Shown: piece after piece, positions 62,892 to 64,000 of the stretch | Numbering within the stretch: the first letter of the stretch is position 1 | Layout of the letters: each line of letters starts with the position of its first letter | Assembly: GCA_036172245.1 (NCBI GenBank) | Contig: JAYWIR010000010.1 | Span: forward strand, 1,674,001-1,738,000 | Direction: 5' to 3' | Length of the DNA: 64,000 nucleotides | Origin: Raillietiella orientalis | Lineage: Eukaryota | The notes under the pieces: model-generated | Told to the model about the DNA's origin: nothing | The model's database searches: none | What the model saw: only the letters and a program-made list of their open reading frames with translations | Program-made: the position numbers and the translations under genes

Positions 62892-63167
62892 GAGGAGGGG
62901 GGGCAGGAAGAAGCAGGAGGAAGCGGTTCCCCAGAGCCGCAGAGGCGAGGAAACTCTCCGAAGCAGGCGATAGCGGCGGCGACAGCAGCAAACATCCCGC
63001 GTCAAGGATGCTGCGGAGGGGAAGAATCCACCTGCATGCACCCGAGCAGGCGCTGAGCTCGCGTTGCCCATAGCAGCGGGAGGCCTCTCGCGTGTAGCCA
63101 CTCCGCTCCTTCGCCTCCTGCTCCAGGGGAACCGCTTCCTCCTGCTTCTTCCTGTCCCCCCCTCCTC
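62892..63167. repeat. ~41-bp inverted repeat with a ~190-bp spacer
   Basis: caggaagaagcaggaggaagcggttcccc (62904-62932) is the exact reverse complement of 63126-63154; the match extends outward by 12 nt with a 1-nt bulge. Confidence 0.9.
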
Positions 63168-64000
63168 GGCCTCCCCCGGCAATGGGGGCCCCCGGGAATC
63201 AATGCCGGCGGGGGGACAGGGGGATGGAAGCGCTCTGTGCAGGAGGAAGAGCTCGCGCTTATCCCCTGAAGGGGCGGGTTCCGAGAGGAATTCGTTGTCC
63301 AGCCAACGAGAGGCGAAGCTCGGGAGTGCTCCTCTTCTTCCTCTTCCGCCTCCCTCTCTCTTCGTCCCTCCCTCTCTCCTTTTCCTGAATTAATGACGTT
63401 TAATTGCACGCCCACTATTGCCGGGCTAATTGCCTGTCAGCTGCGAGCGTCTGTCAGCGGAGTGCGCAGGGAGCAATGACGTCACGCACCGCGCGCGCGT
63501 CCCAAGAGACGCTCCTGGAGCGCTCCCTCAGTTGCTGCGCCGCGTTTGCGGAGGTCAAACGAGGATGCATGGATGCTGCCATGCTCGCGGATCGCTGCGG
63601 CAACGGCGTCAAGAAGAGGGTAGGGTGGGGGGCGGAAGGATGGAGCAGGACGCACCCCGGAACCCGGAAGTGGAGAAGGGGATGCCGGCGCAGGTCTCTT
63701 GGACGACGACGCTTCAGCAGCACGGATGCCCTCCCTACCGCACTCTCTCTCCAGAAAACCCCATCGGAGTCCCGGTGCTACCCGGTCCTCTTTCGTCTTC
63801 CTCCGGTTAGAGGGACAAGGGGAAAAAGAATCGAAGCCCCTCGACCTCGTGACCTTCTTCCACCAGAGGAGTCCAGAGGAGCTAAGGGGGAGAGAATTCC
63901 GCTTTCCGGGAAGATTTTCGAGGAAAGGGAAGAGGACTTTCGTCTCTCCGTGCCCCCTCCGCTCCCCTAGACTTCTTCTTGCTGTTTCTCCAGAAGTAGG

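Noticed and set aside
60800..64000. Long ORFs with poly-Pro/His/Glu/Met tracts
   Set aside because: Products of the (CCT)n(CAT)n microsatellite and high GC content.
1..64000. CRISPR array, rRNA, snRNA or prokaryotic operon/defence system
   Set aside because: No regularly spaced repeats, no rRNA or U2-like sequence, and no intronless gene clusters were seen; the genes have spliceosomal introns.

Overview
Eukaryotic, intron-containing animal DNA; the proteins look arthropod-like, but the organism cannot be identified from sequence alone. Three spliced genes can be reconstructed by hand with GT-AG introns and consistent phases: a 15-exon six-domain gelsolin (+, 12688-23122), a 5-exon Ork1-like two-pore-domain K+ channel (+, 36837-48630) and an 8-exon inositol-1,4,5-trisphosphate 3-kinase (IP3K2-like; -, 53380-62229). 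Intergenic DNA and long introns are largely filled with old, frameshifted transposon relics: BEL/Pao, Ty3/gypsy, L1/Tx1-like, RTE/CR1-like, a NeSL/Utopia-like RLE fragment and mariner. These were recognised by eye from degenerate motifs, so boundaries are approximate. The most unusual items are: a two-copy ~670-bp element with a tRNA-like Pol III head fused to what looks like an antisense LINE C-terminus; an RLE retrotransposon nested in a Pao RT without its usual small-RNA target; a mariner transposase with an internally inverted segment; a gelsolin apparently lacking the C-terminal latch helix; and direct and inverted repeats around the first IP3K exon. I found no CRISPR array, rRNA or intact tRNA, and cannot show a clearly new multi-gene system.
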